Shown in pieces: positions 40,316-54,099 of a DNA stretch of 64,000 bases. The first letter of the stretch is position 1. Every line of letters begins with the position of its first letter. The DNA is from Camelus ferus (Eukaryota). A program made the position numbers and the translations under genes. The DNA lies in contig NC_045697.1 of NCBI RefSeq assembly GCF_009834535.1, positions 60,762,001 through 60,826,000 on the forward strand. Direction: 5' to 3'. A model generated the notes under the pieces. That model had not been told where the DNA came from and searched no databases. It saw only the letters and a program-made list of their open reading frames with translations.

Positions 40316-40952
40316 CATTGATGATAGAACAAATAAAGGTAAGGTGTTGATTCTGATGAGGTTGAGGGTTACTGACTTAAATCTCCATACTCTCAAGCAT
40401 TTACTGAGCTCATTTCTTTCTGTCATCTATGTTCACTCTTTCTTCTATCACCAGAAGTTGGTAAAAACATCAGCTTCTCCTTCATTTTTTTTTAATGACA
40501 TAACCCATTTCAGTGCTCACTAAGTTGTGGCAAAACAACCCAAACGGCACATCAAGGTGTTTTGCTAAACAGGCAAAATTCCCCAGGCTAAGAAAAATTC
40601 TGCCACGTGGTTTAAAGTTGAAATGTTTTGCCTTAAATGAGGTAAAATAAATAATCAAAGAAAAAGAAAGTCATCTTAAGAATTTGGGGAGATATATATA
40701 TATCTCCAGAGAAATAGGAATATGTTTATTTACTGCCATTTGTACTGTACATGGAATTGATGAGAGAATACTAGCAAAGTATAAAAATTGAGGAGTTCTC
40801 TGCTTTTAAAACAGGAGAAGATTTACTCTGTCCTCAGGCCTCACTGTGATCAGTAACACTAATTTTCAAAACTGCTGTCAGAGTAAGAAGAAGGAAAGAC
40901 TACACGTGCAGAGAGCTACATATGTGTTTAAAAGAGATCTTTATACACTCAC

Positions 40953-41074
40953 CCACAGACACTTTCAGCTCAGCAGTGTTCCTTTCTAGACTGAACTTCT
41001 CAAGAATATGAATATCAAATCAGAGAATGATGTCCCGAGTTTTCAGCCTGGCATTTACAAGAACTGTTGAATAT
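40953..41074 (-). other. Candidate non-coding exon (122 nt)
   Basis: Minus strand: acceptor tttccaattattttcaatcacag|, donor TGG|GTGAGT; stops in all three frames; in non-repetitive sequence. Confidence 0.35.
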
Positions 41075-41737
41075 CTGTGATTGAAAATAATTGGAAAATA
41101 TATCAAAATGATTGCTGAGTCAAGCTGTGCCGTAGCTGTCACCAAGTTACCACACATTCCAGATTAGTTTATACTTAGTCTTTACTCAAATTACGCTTGT
41201 GGGGAACAGATTAATATGTATTTCATTAAAGTTATCATGAGTAAAAATTCTGAGATTGCAAATTAACTGCAATTTTTATTAGTGATAACATAAAATACTA
41301 GCTACCTTCCTTGTAAACGGTTGATTGATCAAGTTGAACAAAATAATTGCAAGTGAACCTTATTTTAGCGGACTTTCTAATACATTTGGATGCTCTCTCA
41401 GTGAGGCTGACGCTGTTTTGGAAAACACCATGTGCATGGAAGATAGAGCAGCTCCATGCTTTTCATCTTTAAAACTACTTCCTAGCAGAATTTAAGAAAG
41501 CCTGGGATGCAGCTTTTAGTATCTAAGGAAATTAAGATCCTCAGTTAACTGTTTTAGGTTTTACCGTTTGGTGGCATAAACCACTAAGCAGAAAGACAAA
41601 AAATATTTAATACGTATGAACTGAAATCCTTCTACCTTAATAGTATCAAGGGATAGTTGCACATATCTGCTAAAACCTGTGATATACTCTATTCCATATA
41701 TGTCTCATAGGGTCCATTTAATGCCTGATGCATCTTT

Positions 41738-41739
<2 letters not shown>

Positions 41740-41779
<40 letters not shown>

Positions 41780-41790
41780 CACACACATAT
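41740..41790. repeat. (CA)n/(TA)n microsatellite
   Basis: Direct reading. Confidence 0.95.
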
Positions 41791-42499
41791 ATATTAGCTG
41801 TATTATTTAATGCTCTTAACAATATTGGGAAATAGGTAGTAGAATATTGTGAGTGAAGAAACAGAATTATAAGATAGTTCATAAGCAGATTAGGCCTCAC
41901 ACTTATGCTTGTAGGCTTGTTTAAATTCAAAGCTGTGTGAGTACAAAAAAAAAATACAGCTTATTGTTTAAATATGGTTGTCATCCAAGCCAAATGTTTT
42001 GTTTTTATAATTTCCAACCATTGAAATCACCATGGCACTTGTTTTCAATTCTGAGATATCAGAGCCGGAAAAGTTTAGTCAGTATGCTAAATACACCTAA
42101 ACATTCATTAATAAAAATGAAATGTACCAATGCCTGAAGCCATGAGGTAAAGGCCAAATGGTGACCTGCAATTGGATACTACTGAATATGTTGGCATTCT
42201 AGTGAGATTAAAGAGATTTAAAAAAAAAAAAAAAAACTCTTTTTCCCAAAACTGTTAAAACTAGAATTACTCCTTTAAATGACCAGCATAATTTATACCG
42301 AAAACATATGAAGGCTATTACTGGTACAAAGTAATATTGAAAATCAAATGCATATACATTTAATTACTTAATCACTTACTTAGTATTTTTAATGCTATTT
42401 ACTTCTGTTCCTCAATACTCAGAAACTCCTGATACATTACTTCTCAGTTATATCTTATTATCTCAACAGACACCAGTGACATAGTGGAGCCCCTTGTTC

Positions 42500-42501
<2 letters not shown>

Positions 42502-42537
<36 letters not shown>

Positions 42538-42629
42538 TTGTGTGTATATATATATATAATTTTTTATTGAAGTCTAGTCAGTTTACAATGTTGTGTCAGT
42601 TTCTGGTGTACAGCACAATACTACTTTTT
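42502..42629 (-). mobile_element. Very short L1 3' end with (TG)n(TA)n tail, between 31-bp direct repeats
   Basis: 'ttttttattgaagtctagtcagtttacaatgttgtgtcagtttctggtgtacagcac' is the L1 terminus in reverse; flanks 42471-42501 and 42630-42660 match at 29/31. Confidence 0.8.
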
Positions 42630-43334
42630 CACCAGTGACATGCTGGAGCCCCTTGTTCTTTTTACGAAGACTGATGTAATGGACTTTATTTGGGTATCCC
42701 CAAATTGAAAAGCCAGCAGGATGATACAGCAGGCACCAACAACTTCTATTATCTGTCTCCATTGGAAGTTACATTTTAATTCACTATATAATGATTCTAG
42801 AGGCTTAGCCCCATGGTTAATATTTTACTGGATTAATGAATATAGGTCATCTATGATATTCATGTTTGATTCTTTTTGTTTGTTTTCTTGTTTGTTTTAC
42901 TTTAAGAGATGAAGTAGCATGCAGTCTATCCCAGTTGGTGTCTTTGTGCCCATAAACATCTGTATTTCCTGAAGTCATCATTACTTGATAATGTTTGTAG
43001 TGTGATTTTTCAGTAAACATTATACAAATAACTCTTAAAAGGTGTGGAGCATATGATAAAAAAAATAATTCAAGCAATTCTTAGAAATGGACACATTAAC
43101 ATGATCATATGTACACTTACTTATTTTATCACTTTTACAGGGCTCAATTGTAAGTTACAGTAATTTGGTGAAATTGTTTCTATCAGATTATTTTAGCTCA
43201 TGGCTAACAGAACTTGTAAGAAAGAGTTGATGGCTTTAGAAAGGAAATCATCAGACTTGGTAAATAATTATGAATATATTTCATATGTGTTCAATGATTC
43301 TTGCCAAATCTCTGTGATATAATTGTTTTTTATT

Positions 43335-43450
43335 ATACTTATTTCACAGATGATAAACCTGAGGCTAAGAGGCTATATATTGTCCTTGGTTCAGTGTAAT
43401 TAAAATATGGAGTTGAACTTGAACCCAAGTCTTCTGTCTCTACAGCCAGC
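43335..43450 (-). mobile_element. MIR fragment
   Basis: 'atttcacagatgataaacctgaggctaagagg...gaacttgaacccaagtcttctgtctc'. Confidence 0.75.
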
Positions 43451-45349
43451 ATTCTTTCTAATGAAACATAAGTAGAAATAAAAAATAATTTCTTCCTCCC
43501 TCTCTGTCTTTCTTTCCTTCTCCTCCCTCTCTTCCTCCTTCCCTCCATGCCTTCCATTCTCCCCTTTTTCCACCAATCTATCCTTATATAGGTGGTTTTT
43601 TGCATACATAAAGTGATATTAACAGGTAAATGGTACTCTATATTGCTGTCATTGTTCACTGGGAGATAACATTTCAATTCTAATGGTTATGCTATACCTG
43701 GAATCTGACATACCAGCTAGTTTAATTTCAAAACACATATATTTCTTTACTGCTGACTATAAATTCATTCAGCTATAAGATGCAATCAAAATACTCAGAC
43801 CCATTTAAGTCACCAGAAATGGTACTTGCACTCACAGGCACATCATCAATATTCAGTAAAACACAATTTAGATTTTGAACACACTAGAGTTGCTTTAACA
43901 TAACTAGTCTGGTTCATCAACTAGGACATATAGTAATGATAATGAAATATAAGCTAGAAAGCATTAACTGCCTCTTAAAGAATATAAATTGGCTGTAACA
44001 GAAAAGGAGCAAACTAAGCATTGCAAATAGCATGTTAAAATATAAAAGAGAGTAGTGTGATATCAAATGCTAATTATTTATTATATATGTCTTACATCAT
44101 ATCAGTGAGAAAAAAGTAAAGAATAATAACTATGTATATTCTCAAGTAAATGGATGCCACAAATATATACTATCTTGTTGTTGATGCAACAGTATGCTTG
44201 ACAACTCATTGAGTTCAGTGAAATACCAATGTCTTTCACCAGTTGGCAATAAAAGTTTTCAGCCAGTGGCAAAATCATGCTTAACAATTGCAAACTGATC
44301 AAACAGATTCCATTGAATGCCTCATTCCACTTTAAGGGAAATATTTACATGGGAAAATATAAAGTAATAATAAACTTTTCATTGTTACGACTTTATCCTT
44401 AGAGTTCTACAAATCTATCTCAGAACAGAAATAAAAACAGACAAACTGCACAAAACATTCCATCATAATGATTTTGAAAAATTAAAAAATATGAAGCTGT
44501 ATTTTTCAGGTGTTAAATTCAAACGTACCATGAATTACAATGAAGTTACACTTGTCTAATGTGATTTTTTTTCTGATCATAATTTTTAAAAATGTGCCCC
44601 AATCAATATCATCATTAGTGTGCAGGAATTGGGTTTTATGCCTTTGGAGATGCATTTTTGCTAGATTCTAATACTTCTGTGAGTTTCTCTTCAAATGTTA
44701 ACACTTAGCTGGCAATATCAAAGATGAAGCTGAGAGAGAATCAGGTTATCTTTTGTACTAAGTTAATGCATTATTTCTTTTTATTTTTTAGTGAAATGTA
44801 AGGTACTGATTTACTTAACCATAGCACTGATATCTCAATGTTTCACTGCATGGTACTGAGTTCTTAGTCTCTGGCTGTTCACTTTTAAAAGTGACAAATA
44901 TTACATAGAAAGGACTCATATCAACACTTTGATTTTTTAAAAATTCTGCTACTTCAGGACAATTCCAGCCACAGATCATACAAGCATGATCATGAATTAA
45001 TGTTAGGATATAATAATTATTTCAATATGACACACCACCTTTAGAGAATAAAAGAGATCATTCAGATCAGTCCTTTTCATACTGTACTTTGGGGGGAACT
45101 TATGGACACTGGACCTCACCAGGGCTGAGAGTGACGGGTGATGGGTGTAAAGTAAAGTGGCAGGGCTCTGTTTTCTTCTACTCACTTCAATCAGAATATC
45201 TGTACTTCATCCTTTCTTAATTGGATTCTTATTAAATATTATATTTCAACAATCTGGGGGGACTAAAACTCTGAGGATGTAGATTTAGTTATCATTACTA
45301 TAAATGATATACAAATAATTCTCATTTCTTACACTTTTCAAATACCATG

Positions 45350-45545
45350 AAGTATACCTTTACATATATTCTCTTATTTACTTTTGTCACAGTCTTGAAA
45401 AGAGATATTATTCTTTTCATTTTACTAATAAAAATGAGTATTAGAAAGGTTTAATAACTGGCTAAAATTTAATAACTGTGATTCCAGCAGAGTGGAATTT
45501 CAATATAGGTCTCTCATACCATTTTTGGCTATTTACCATTCTATT
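45350..45545 (-). mobile_element. MIR fragment
   Basis: 'tttcattttactaataaaaatgagtattagaaaggtttaataactggc'. Confidence 0.55.
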
Positions 45546-47269
45546 ACATAACCATTCAAGCACATAACACAACAGAACATATGATTAAGAATTACTATCT
45601 GACCATAGAATGGGATATTCACAGTAATATATAATAGCACTTACATGACAGAGAAAACCCAATAATTAACAATTACTAATTATAGTAAAACAGGGTAGAG
45701 CCTAGTGGCTCTAGAATAAGTGCATAAGTCTGCAATCCACTTTGCCACTTAAAGCTGTATTCTAAGTTAATTTTTATAAAATCTTTAAAGTAATATAGTA
45801 CATATTAAGTGTTTCAAAAATACTACCTATTATTAAGAGAGTGTGCTGACTGTCGCTTTATGCTTACATGAATAGAATTCCAAGTATGAGTGGGGACCCA
45901 TAAGAAGAAATTTTCCCTTTTTCTTTGTTAGGCATTGCATGGACATTTTATCAATACCAAAAAATAAAAACAGCTTCAAAGATTCTTCATATTAATCTTG
46001 AATTTCTACAACTCTGAATTTTCATTCTTAAACCTTTTTTTATCATAGAAGACTTCATTTAATAGGTGATCACATTGAGTCCAGATCTAGAGCATAAATG
46101 AAATCAGAATCCTCTCAACATTTCCTTCAATTGATTCACAAAGTGCTGATTCACAGTTTTATATAAATAGGAATATAAATTAATAACTTAGATTTTTTAA
46201 CTGCTAATTTTAATCCACAGCACTAATAATTCTTAGGATAAACATGATCAAGAGACAATATCTGAAAAACACTTGTCTGGATATAAGAAAATGTATGCTT
46301 ATAAATTTAGCTAATATATATATTTTACCTAACATATATTGAATTATGATTTCTCCTTTGCTCAGAGCAATAATTGAAGAATTTGTAAAGGTTTTGAATC
46401 ACTACCTCCAGGTTTAGGTTTAGAAGTTAAGGAAAATAAGGATGAATTAGTTTGTGTTATTTACCTGGATAGGTGTCAAAGCTACTACATGTCGATAGCA
46501 TTGTGAAACTGCACCACTGTTACGAAAGTTTATCAGAATAAGAGGCAGGGCTAGGGAGTCTGTGTAAGTGAAATTTAGTTGAACATTAGTTACAAACAAT
46601 GAGCTCTTGATAAGTGGGAGTAATGACAGGGTATGGGGAAAGGACAAATATAAACTCAAATCATGGATAAAGAGAAATTACACTAATCTCTTATTTGGGG
46701 AAAGATTAATTGGTTAAACCCCAGCAGGCAGCTGATTCTAGAACAATAATGAGGTTTCTGTTGATTACAGCTATTTGCCAGCCATGTGGTCCAACACCTT
46801 TGGGCTGATCCACATTTGTTATCTGATGAGAGTAGAGGAGGGGAAGTAGGAGGTAACTGAAAATGAAGAAAAGGCAAGTTATAATCAGCACTAATCAGTT
46901 GCTGCCTCATTGTTAAGAACCCCTGTGTGCCTTAGCATAGCTACTTTGCATTCCTTAAACACTCTGTGAATAGAGAGTTTAACCTGTATAAGAATGCGAA
47001 ATACTGAATTATTGATGTATAGTACAAGGTAAGTTCTAGTCTTCTGAATTTCCAGGTAACTTTCTCTATATAGACTCTAGTAGTAACAGTAGACTCTAAA
47101 GCAATTCATCCTAAATTCCCTTTTTTTATATCATATTTGCTATATTAATTTATAACAAGTATTATAAATAATATATATAAAGCTTTCCTCTAGCCAAAAA
47201 GAAAGTTTGGCTTTCTTTAAGCAAATTGTTTAAAGATCATAAAATAATGCATCAAAAAAATACATTTAT

Positions 47270-49600
47270 TAACTCATTTGACAAATAATTATCATTCCTC
47301 TACTCTGCTGCCAGGATCTATGGTACAAGCCATAAACATAGAAATAAATAAAATAAATATAGCCTTAGTCTTTACATAGATTAATTCCACTGAGTGAGAT
47401 GACAATATCAATAAACTATGTAAACAGACACATAAAATCATTCCAAATTATAATCAGCACATTGTAGGACATACACTGGAGGTGAGTTTAAGAAAAACTA
47501 AGGACTTACTTTTGATAGACTGATTATGACAAGACTATCTGAGGAAGTTTCATTGCTGCCGAGACCAAAAGGATGAGACAGAGCAATAAAAGATCAGGGA
47601 AAGCAGGAAAACTCTGAGGATCCAAAGTGCTTTACATTTCTAAAACCTTAAAAAAATAACAGTGATTTTGGAGCACAAAGAAATAGGAAAAGATTTTGCC
47701 TAATATCAAGTGGGAGAGTGAAAGGCTCAATCTGAATGCAATGGCAGATATTTAAAGATTTTAAGCAGGGAGTGACTCAATCAAATGTACAATTTAATAA
47801 AATAATCCTAGCTTCTGTGGTAAGAATGAATTTAAAGGAGGAAAAAATTAAATGAGAAATCAGTTGGCAAGTTATTCTTTATTCTAGAGAGACATAATGA
47901 CTTCTGGTTCTTTGTATATGTCAGTGGAGATGAGCAATTGTGAAGTTAAAATTGTTTTCAGAGTTAGAATTTATATAAACTACTGATGGGTTGTAGAGAA
48001 TGAGATGAATAACATAGGACAAGAGACTACAAAACTCTTAGAAGAGAACATAGGCAAAGCATTCCCTCATATAAATCATAGCAATGTTCATCTAGGGCAG
48101 TCTACCAAGGCAATAGAAATAAAAGCAAAAATAAACAAATGGGATCTAATCAAGCTTTTGCACAGCAAAGGAAACTAAACAAACAAAAAGACAACCCATG
48201 GAATGGGAGAAAATATTTGCAAACAACGTGACTGACAAGGGCTTAATTTCCAGAATATACAAACAGCTCATAAAACTCAGTAACAAAAATATAAACAACC
48301 CAATCAAAAAATGAGCAGAAGACCTAGACAAACATTTCTCCAATGAAGGCATACAAATGGCCAATAGGCACATGCAAAATGCTCAATATTGCTAATTACC
48401 AGAGAAATGCTTATGAAAACTACAATGAGGTATTACCTCACATGGATCAAAATAGCCATCCTTAAAAAGTCCACAGTGATAAAAGCTGGAAAGAGTGTGG
48501 AGAAAAGGGAATCCTCCTACACTGTTGGTGGGAATGTAGTTTGTTGCAGCCACTATAGAAAACAGTATGGAGATTCCTCAAAAGACTAAAAATAAACTTA
48601 CTATATGATCCAGCAATCTCACTCCTGGGCATACATCTGGAGGAAATTCTAATTCAAAAAGAAACATGCACCCCAGTGTTCATAGTAACATTATGTACAT
48701 TAACCAGGACATGGAAGCAACCTAAATATCCATCCAAGGATGACTAGATAAAGAAGCTGTGGTATACATATACAATGGAATACTACTCAGCCATAAAAAA
48801 GAATGAAATAATGCCATTTGTAGCAACATGGATGTACCTGGAGATTGCCATACTAAGTGAAGTAAGCCAGAAAGGGAAAGAAAAATATCATATGATATCA
48901 CTTATATGTGGAATCTAAAAAATGAGATAAATAGAACTTATTTACAAAACAGAAAGAGACTCAGAGACGTAGAAAACTTGTGGTTACAAGTGGGTTAAAG
49001 AGGAGGGGTGGAGGGGTAAATTCTGAGTTTGGGATTTGCAGATACTAACTACAATATATAAAATAGATAAACAGTGAGTTCCTACTGTATAACACAGGGA
49101 ACTATATTCAGTATCTTATAATAACCTATAATGTAAAAGAATATTAAAAGGAATATATATATATATATAAAATGGAATCACTATGCTATATACCAGGAAC
49201 TAACACAGCATTGTTAACTGACTGTACTTCAATTAAAAAAAGAAAGTTAGAGCCCATAAAAAAAGGAACTAAATAACAATATTTTCAGCTTTAGCATTGA
49301 AGTGGTAGTGGTGTCATTTACCGAGATGGTGAAGGTTTAGGGGTAAACATGTATGTCTTTATCTATGTGTAACTGTGTGTTTACTTGAAGAATTAAGAGT
49401 TTAATTTGGGGCATACATTTTGACTTTTATGAGATCTGTAAGTGGAGGTATCAAGTAGACAGCTGAATGTGAGTTTCTGGCATTAAGATAACTCTGAGCA
49501 GGATATGGGTTATTTTAAAATAGTCACTTTCAAGATGGTATTATGAGATCACCTATGGAGGCAGTGGAGAAAGTGAATACTTGAGAAATCCTCAATATTA
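47270..49600 (-). mobile_element. L2 element split by the young L1 at 48020-49245
   Basis: 'aactcatttgacaaataattatc...', 'gattttaagcagggagtgac', resuming 'gtggtgtcatttaccgagatgg...gtagacagctgaat'. Confidence 0.7.
48020..49245 (+). mobile_element. Young lineage-specific L1 3' end (~1.2 kb)
   Basis: ORF2 C-terminal sequence and the same 3' UTR family as 22013 and 30185; ends ...gactgtacttcaattaaaaaaa. Confidence 0.95.
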
Positions 49601-51519
49601 TTTTTCTGTCAAAGATAAAAGACAGTCACTGCTCAACAATGTAAAGGGCGATGTCTTATTCAAAGTTGCCATGTACAATGACTATTCATTCATTTAAACA
49701 CCTCCATCCTTTCCCATGAATACACAAGCTTTGATGTTCCCTAAAACCCTCTGATTTACGGCAAAGTTTAAGGCTACAAATACTATGTAGTAAATATGCA
49801 TCCAGTCTTGGCTCCAAAATTTCTCCCCTACCAAACTTTTAACATACATACATACATATGTGACAAAATATTATCTTTTGTCCATATGAAACTGAAAATC
49901 TTTTAAAGACAAAATAAAAGTGGATCTCACATAGTAATACAAATGATCACTAGAACTGGTTTCAGGTATGTTTTCTCAATTTATTCAAAGGGAAAAAATG
50001 GATTAAAATTTATGTATCAGTTTATCATTAATTCAAATATTATGAACTTGTGTTTCACATATCTTGATATATTTTAGAATATCTTGGTAAGGTATAAAGT
50101 GTTCATAATGGACTTCAATTCTTAAATTGTTATATTACAGGACATTTTATATTTTAAAATGAATTAAATAGTTTTCTAGAAGTATATGTATATAAAGTAT
50201 TTAAGAATAAAACATTTTGTCTACCTGATAATGAGATCTTTTCTTATTTTAATATGAAGGTATGGATCTAGTTCCCAAACTTTACTGATTATGGGATTCA
50301 TATGATAAAACAGTTTAAGAAGAGTGATTTCAGATATCAGGATCAGTACTTCCTACCAAACTCAAAAAATAAATAAATAAATAAAAACTCACGTAATTTT
50401 TTTTTTTCATTCCATATGGGTTTAACCTTAACAAAAACAGATTTCTCCTGTAAGACTTACAGGGCTATCTCATTTCTAAGGTTTTCTGTATATGCACTAC
50501 CAAAAGAAGAGCACCCATCTGGTACAGCAGAATATGCCAGTTCCTGGATATTTCTAAAATTTGTTTGATACAAATTTTCCTGGCATTAAGTGAGTGGAAA
50601 TATAGATATAGGATAAATAGAAATTTTTAATACAGATTCTCAAAATTATGTAAGAGTTTAGAGAAGTTCTTGGAAGCATTCCATTTACCCTTTACTTTAC
50701 TAAACCTTGAGATGGCCACTTTGAAGAGATTATATTAAGACACTTTTGTAAAAGATGTATGTATGTGTATGTGTGTGTGAGTGTGTAAGCACACATATTT
50801 AGTTTATAAATCCACAGAATATTAGATTAAATCTCCTGGTAACTGGTTCTAATCTTTGTGTCCTAGCATTTTTCATTTGTCCAAATAATGATCATTTTTG
50901 TCTTAGCCATATGTGCATAATCACTTCTGGAGCTTGGTAAATGAAAGAAAGAAATATATTAGTATGTAACTAATTTATTTTTCCAAATATGTTCCCACTC
51001 AAGTTGTAAAGTATAAATGTATAAAAGTGTGTAAAGTGAAATGTATAAAAGAGCATATGATTATCCACTATCTTCACACTTGGCCTGAAATGAAACTATT
51101 TCAACCTAATTGCAGTCACTGCCCACCTCCTTAAATGTGCTCCGTACATCACTTCTACTGCTGATTATTCCCTAGGCAGTAACACACAGTATCACTAAAT
51201 TTTCTCTCTCTAAAAATATAGATGCCTGGTGTAATCTCAAAAACTGTTAGAAAACAAAATGTAGGCTATTCAGCTGTCACCCTGACTTCTATGCTATTCT
51301 CTCAGAGAATGATTTTCTATTATTTGGCACAAATATCTTACTCCCTAGAAATAAAACTTTCCTTGAGGTGTGAGCATCTGCTTTCTCTTGAAGTCAATAG
51401 GAGTTAAGATTGCATATTGAAGACATAATTTAGGTGGTGAATGCCACCCAGCTTTGCCAACAATTAGTCCTCCCTGCAACTTTGCTACATTCCTATTTTC
51501 TCACATTTCTTCTGTAAAC

Positions 51520-51759
51520 TATTTTAAGCAAAAATATATACAAGATACTATAGTACAAAAATGTACATAACAGCTAGTACTGTCAAATATTAATATTTTA
51601 TATTTTAGATGCCTTTATTTTTAAAGACATATTAAATAACAGAATCAGTAGAAGTCCTCTCTGCATCCTTTCCAATCCCATTGGTGCCCATTTTCCTTTA
51701 AGCAAACTGTCGTCATGAATTTAGTATTTTAATTTCCTAATTCTGCATTTATAGTTATA

Positions 51760-51808
<49 letters not shown>

Positions 51809-52060
51809 TATGTATGCACATGCACACAGTATAAAGAATTATAATATGTATGTCAAATTCTACACAACAGTGTTAATTTTTTTCTTTCATCTTCATTTTC
51901 TCACTTTGTATTATGGAGTATTATTTTCTTTGAAACCTGTAAGTCTAGCTTATCCATTTTAAGTGCTGTACAGTACTCAATCATATGAATATACAGAGGT
52001 ATATTACCTATCATTTTGTTGATAAATATTTAGGTTACTTGTAATTATTTTGAGTAATAT
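51520..52060 (-). mobile_element. Ancient L1ME-like fragment with (TA)n microsatellite at ~51764-51804
   Basis: Antisense old-L1 motifs ('tctagcttatccattttaagtgctgtacagtactc'); direct (TA)n. Confidence 0.55.
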
Positions 52061-54099
52061 ATGTTGTATATATGCATATAATTTTGCGTTTAATTTAATT
52101 ACCTAAAATGTTGGTCTAGACCCACTAATTTGATTTTAGGTCATAAGTCACAATTAGAAAAACACTACTTTAAGAATAAACTTAGAAGAGAAATTGTCTG
52201 TTTTTGGAGTGTACCTCAAAATAAAAGAAATCTATATACAGGTAAATTCTTCCAATGTAAAAAAAGGTAAGAAATTTTACTACCAAAGAGGACCCAGCTA
52301 TTGAAAGAGAGAGACAGAGAGAGGACTTAATGCTAAATGTGTGACCTATACAATCCTATACAATCAAACACAATGAGGCTACTGTTTACTTTCTGAGTGA
52401 GCTAAAGTAAACTTTTTATTTTTTTCTTACTTCAAATAAATTTTATCAAAAATTTGAGAACTGATTGCAAACAGAACTTTTTTTTTCTGTCCTTGAAAAT
52501 ATCCTATGTTTCTTATGGAATCTACTCTCTAACCTCTCCTATTTCGAATGCTCTCTACCCACCAGCACTGTCTTTCTATTCATCTTAGCAGAAATGTATT
52601 TTGTTTTATTAATATTTTGTGTGTGACACCACACTTGATCAGAATTTTATAGCCATTAACTTTCATTTCTCTTGCCAACTAATATTAACGCAGGAATTCC
52701 CATTGTATTGTACAATAACACTAAGAACATATAGCTTAGAACTGTAACATTTTCATTAGATTAGTAGTTTTGTACTTGAAATGGAACACATGGTAACATC
52801 TGGCTTTGTCACAAGGTAATGCAACATAGAGCTCTAGTCACATTTTCTCTTCATGAACTTAAATCTCTGTTGATTACAGACGCAAGAAGTGTAATAGTCT
52901 GCAGTCTGACAAATATGTAATATGTAAAGTCTCTATATATCAATGTTATGCAGAATTACTTTGATTAATTTACATTCACCTTCAGTAAACAGTAACTCCC
53001 AATCTTATAAACAGGGATTTACATGTACAATAGAGCTATGAAAATGTACTGTCAGCATGTTGATCTCTTAGCTCTGCGATTTGTAGGTTTTCTAAGGCAG
53101 TAATTTTAACATGCCTATCATATTGTGATTATATTTCTGGAGAACAGAAGGCATGTTGTGAAAAGCTATAGACCATACAGAGATATTTCAGTTAGGGTAA
53201 AACAATGAATCATTTTCTTAAAATTTCTCAGTTCTTGCTTATTTTAATTTGAAACAGTTTGAATGAATACAACATTAGTTTCCCAGTTATACTGCACTCA
53301 AAATGTACCATATTTCTCACCTGAAGGCATAAACTTTAGTGACATCCTAATCATTTTCACTGCAACCGACGCTTGTGCTATAAACCTCAGATTAAATAGT
53401 AGGTAGAGAATAAACAGCAGGAGCAGATGAATTTCTAAAAACAAATGGTGTCTATTTGAATGCAAATATCCCCATTAATAAAGAATGAGAAAGGAAACAT
53501 TTTAAAAATCAGTAATATATTACTGTGAATTATTTTTGAGCAGGCTATTTTCCAGCAGCTCTTTAATGAGCTATTTCTTCATATGTTGGTAACTAATTAT
53601 TACATATATTTTGTATGTATTTTTAATATCCATAAACTACAGATTTGATCTTTATTTCTTGTCAGCATATTTGAAAATAATTTGCAGAAACACATTTAAA
53701 CTGCTGGGTTTCATGCTAAGTAGAAAACAATGGATGGAAGACTTAATTTACTCTGTAAGCTAGAAGATAAATAATAGTCTTTAATATAATGTAGTTGAAA
53801 AGCCTCTATCTGGCCACCTTTAAATACATATGAAGATACCAAATTTTACAATGGTAGTTGATCATGAACACAATCTAGCCAGTCAATATGTAATGTCTGA
53901 ATGATGAATATTTTCAAGAAACTATACTTTGGAAAAAGTGTGGAACTTTTATTTAAAAACATGTAAGAAAGGAAGAGCCATCACTTTATTAACTGCATGT
54001 ATTCTACTAGGGGACAAAGGAGGAAATAATGATTTAGATGCTAATGTTTCCATCACTTTGATGGTAAGGTGGTGGGTGCTATGATACTTCTGACACCTA

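Noticed and set aside
43339..43677. 112-aa minus ORF
   Set aside because: Made of a MIR plus a purine/pyrimidine low-complexity tract.
49235..49270. Possible L1 3' transduction between two A-runs
   Set aside because: Only ~16 bp and no TSD found to delimit the insertion.
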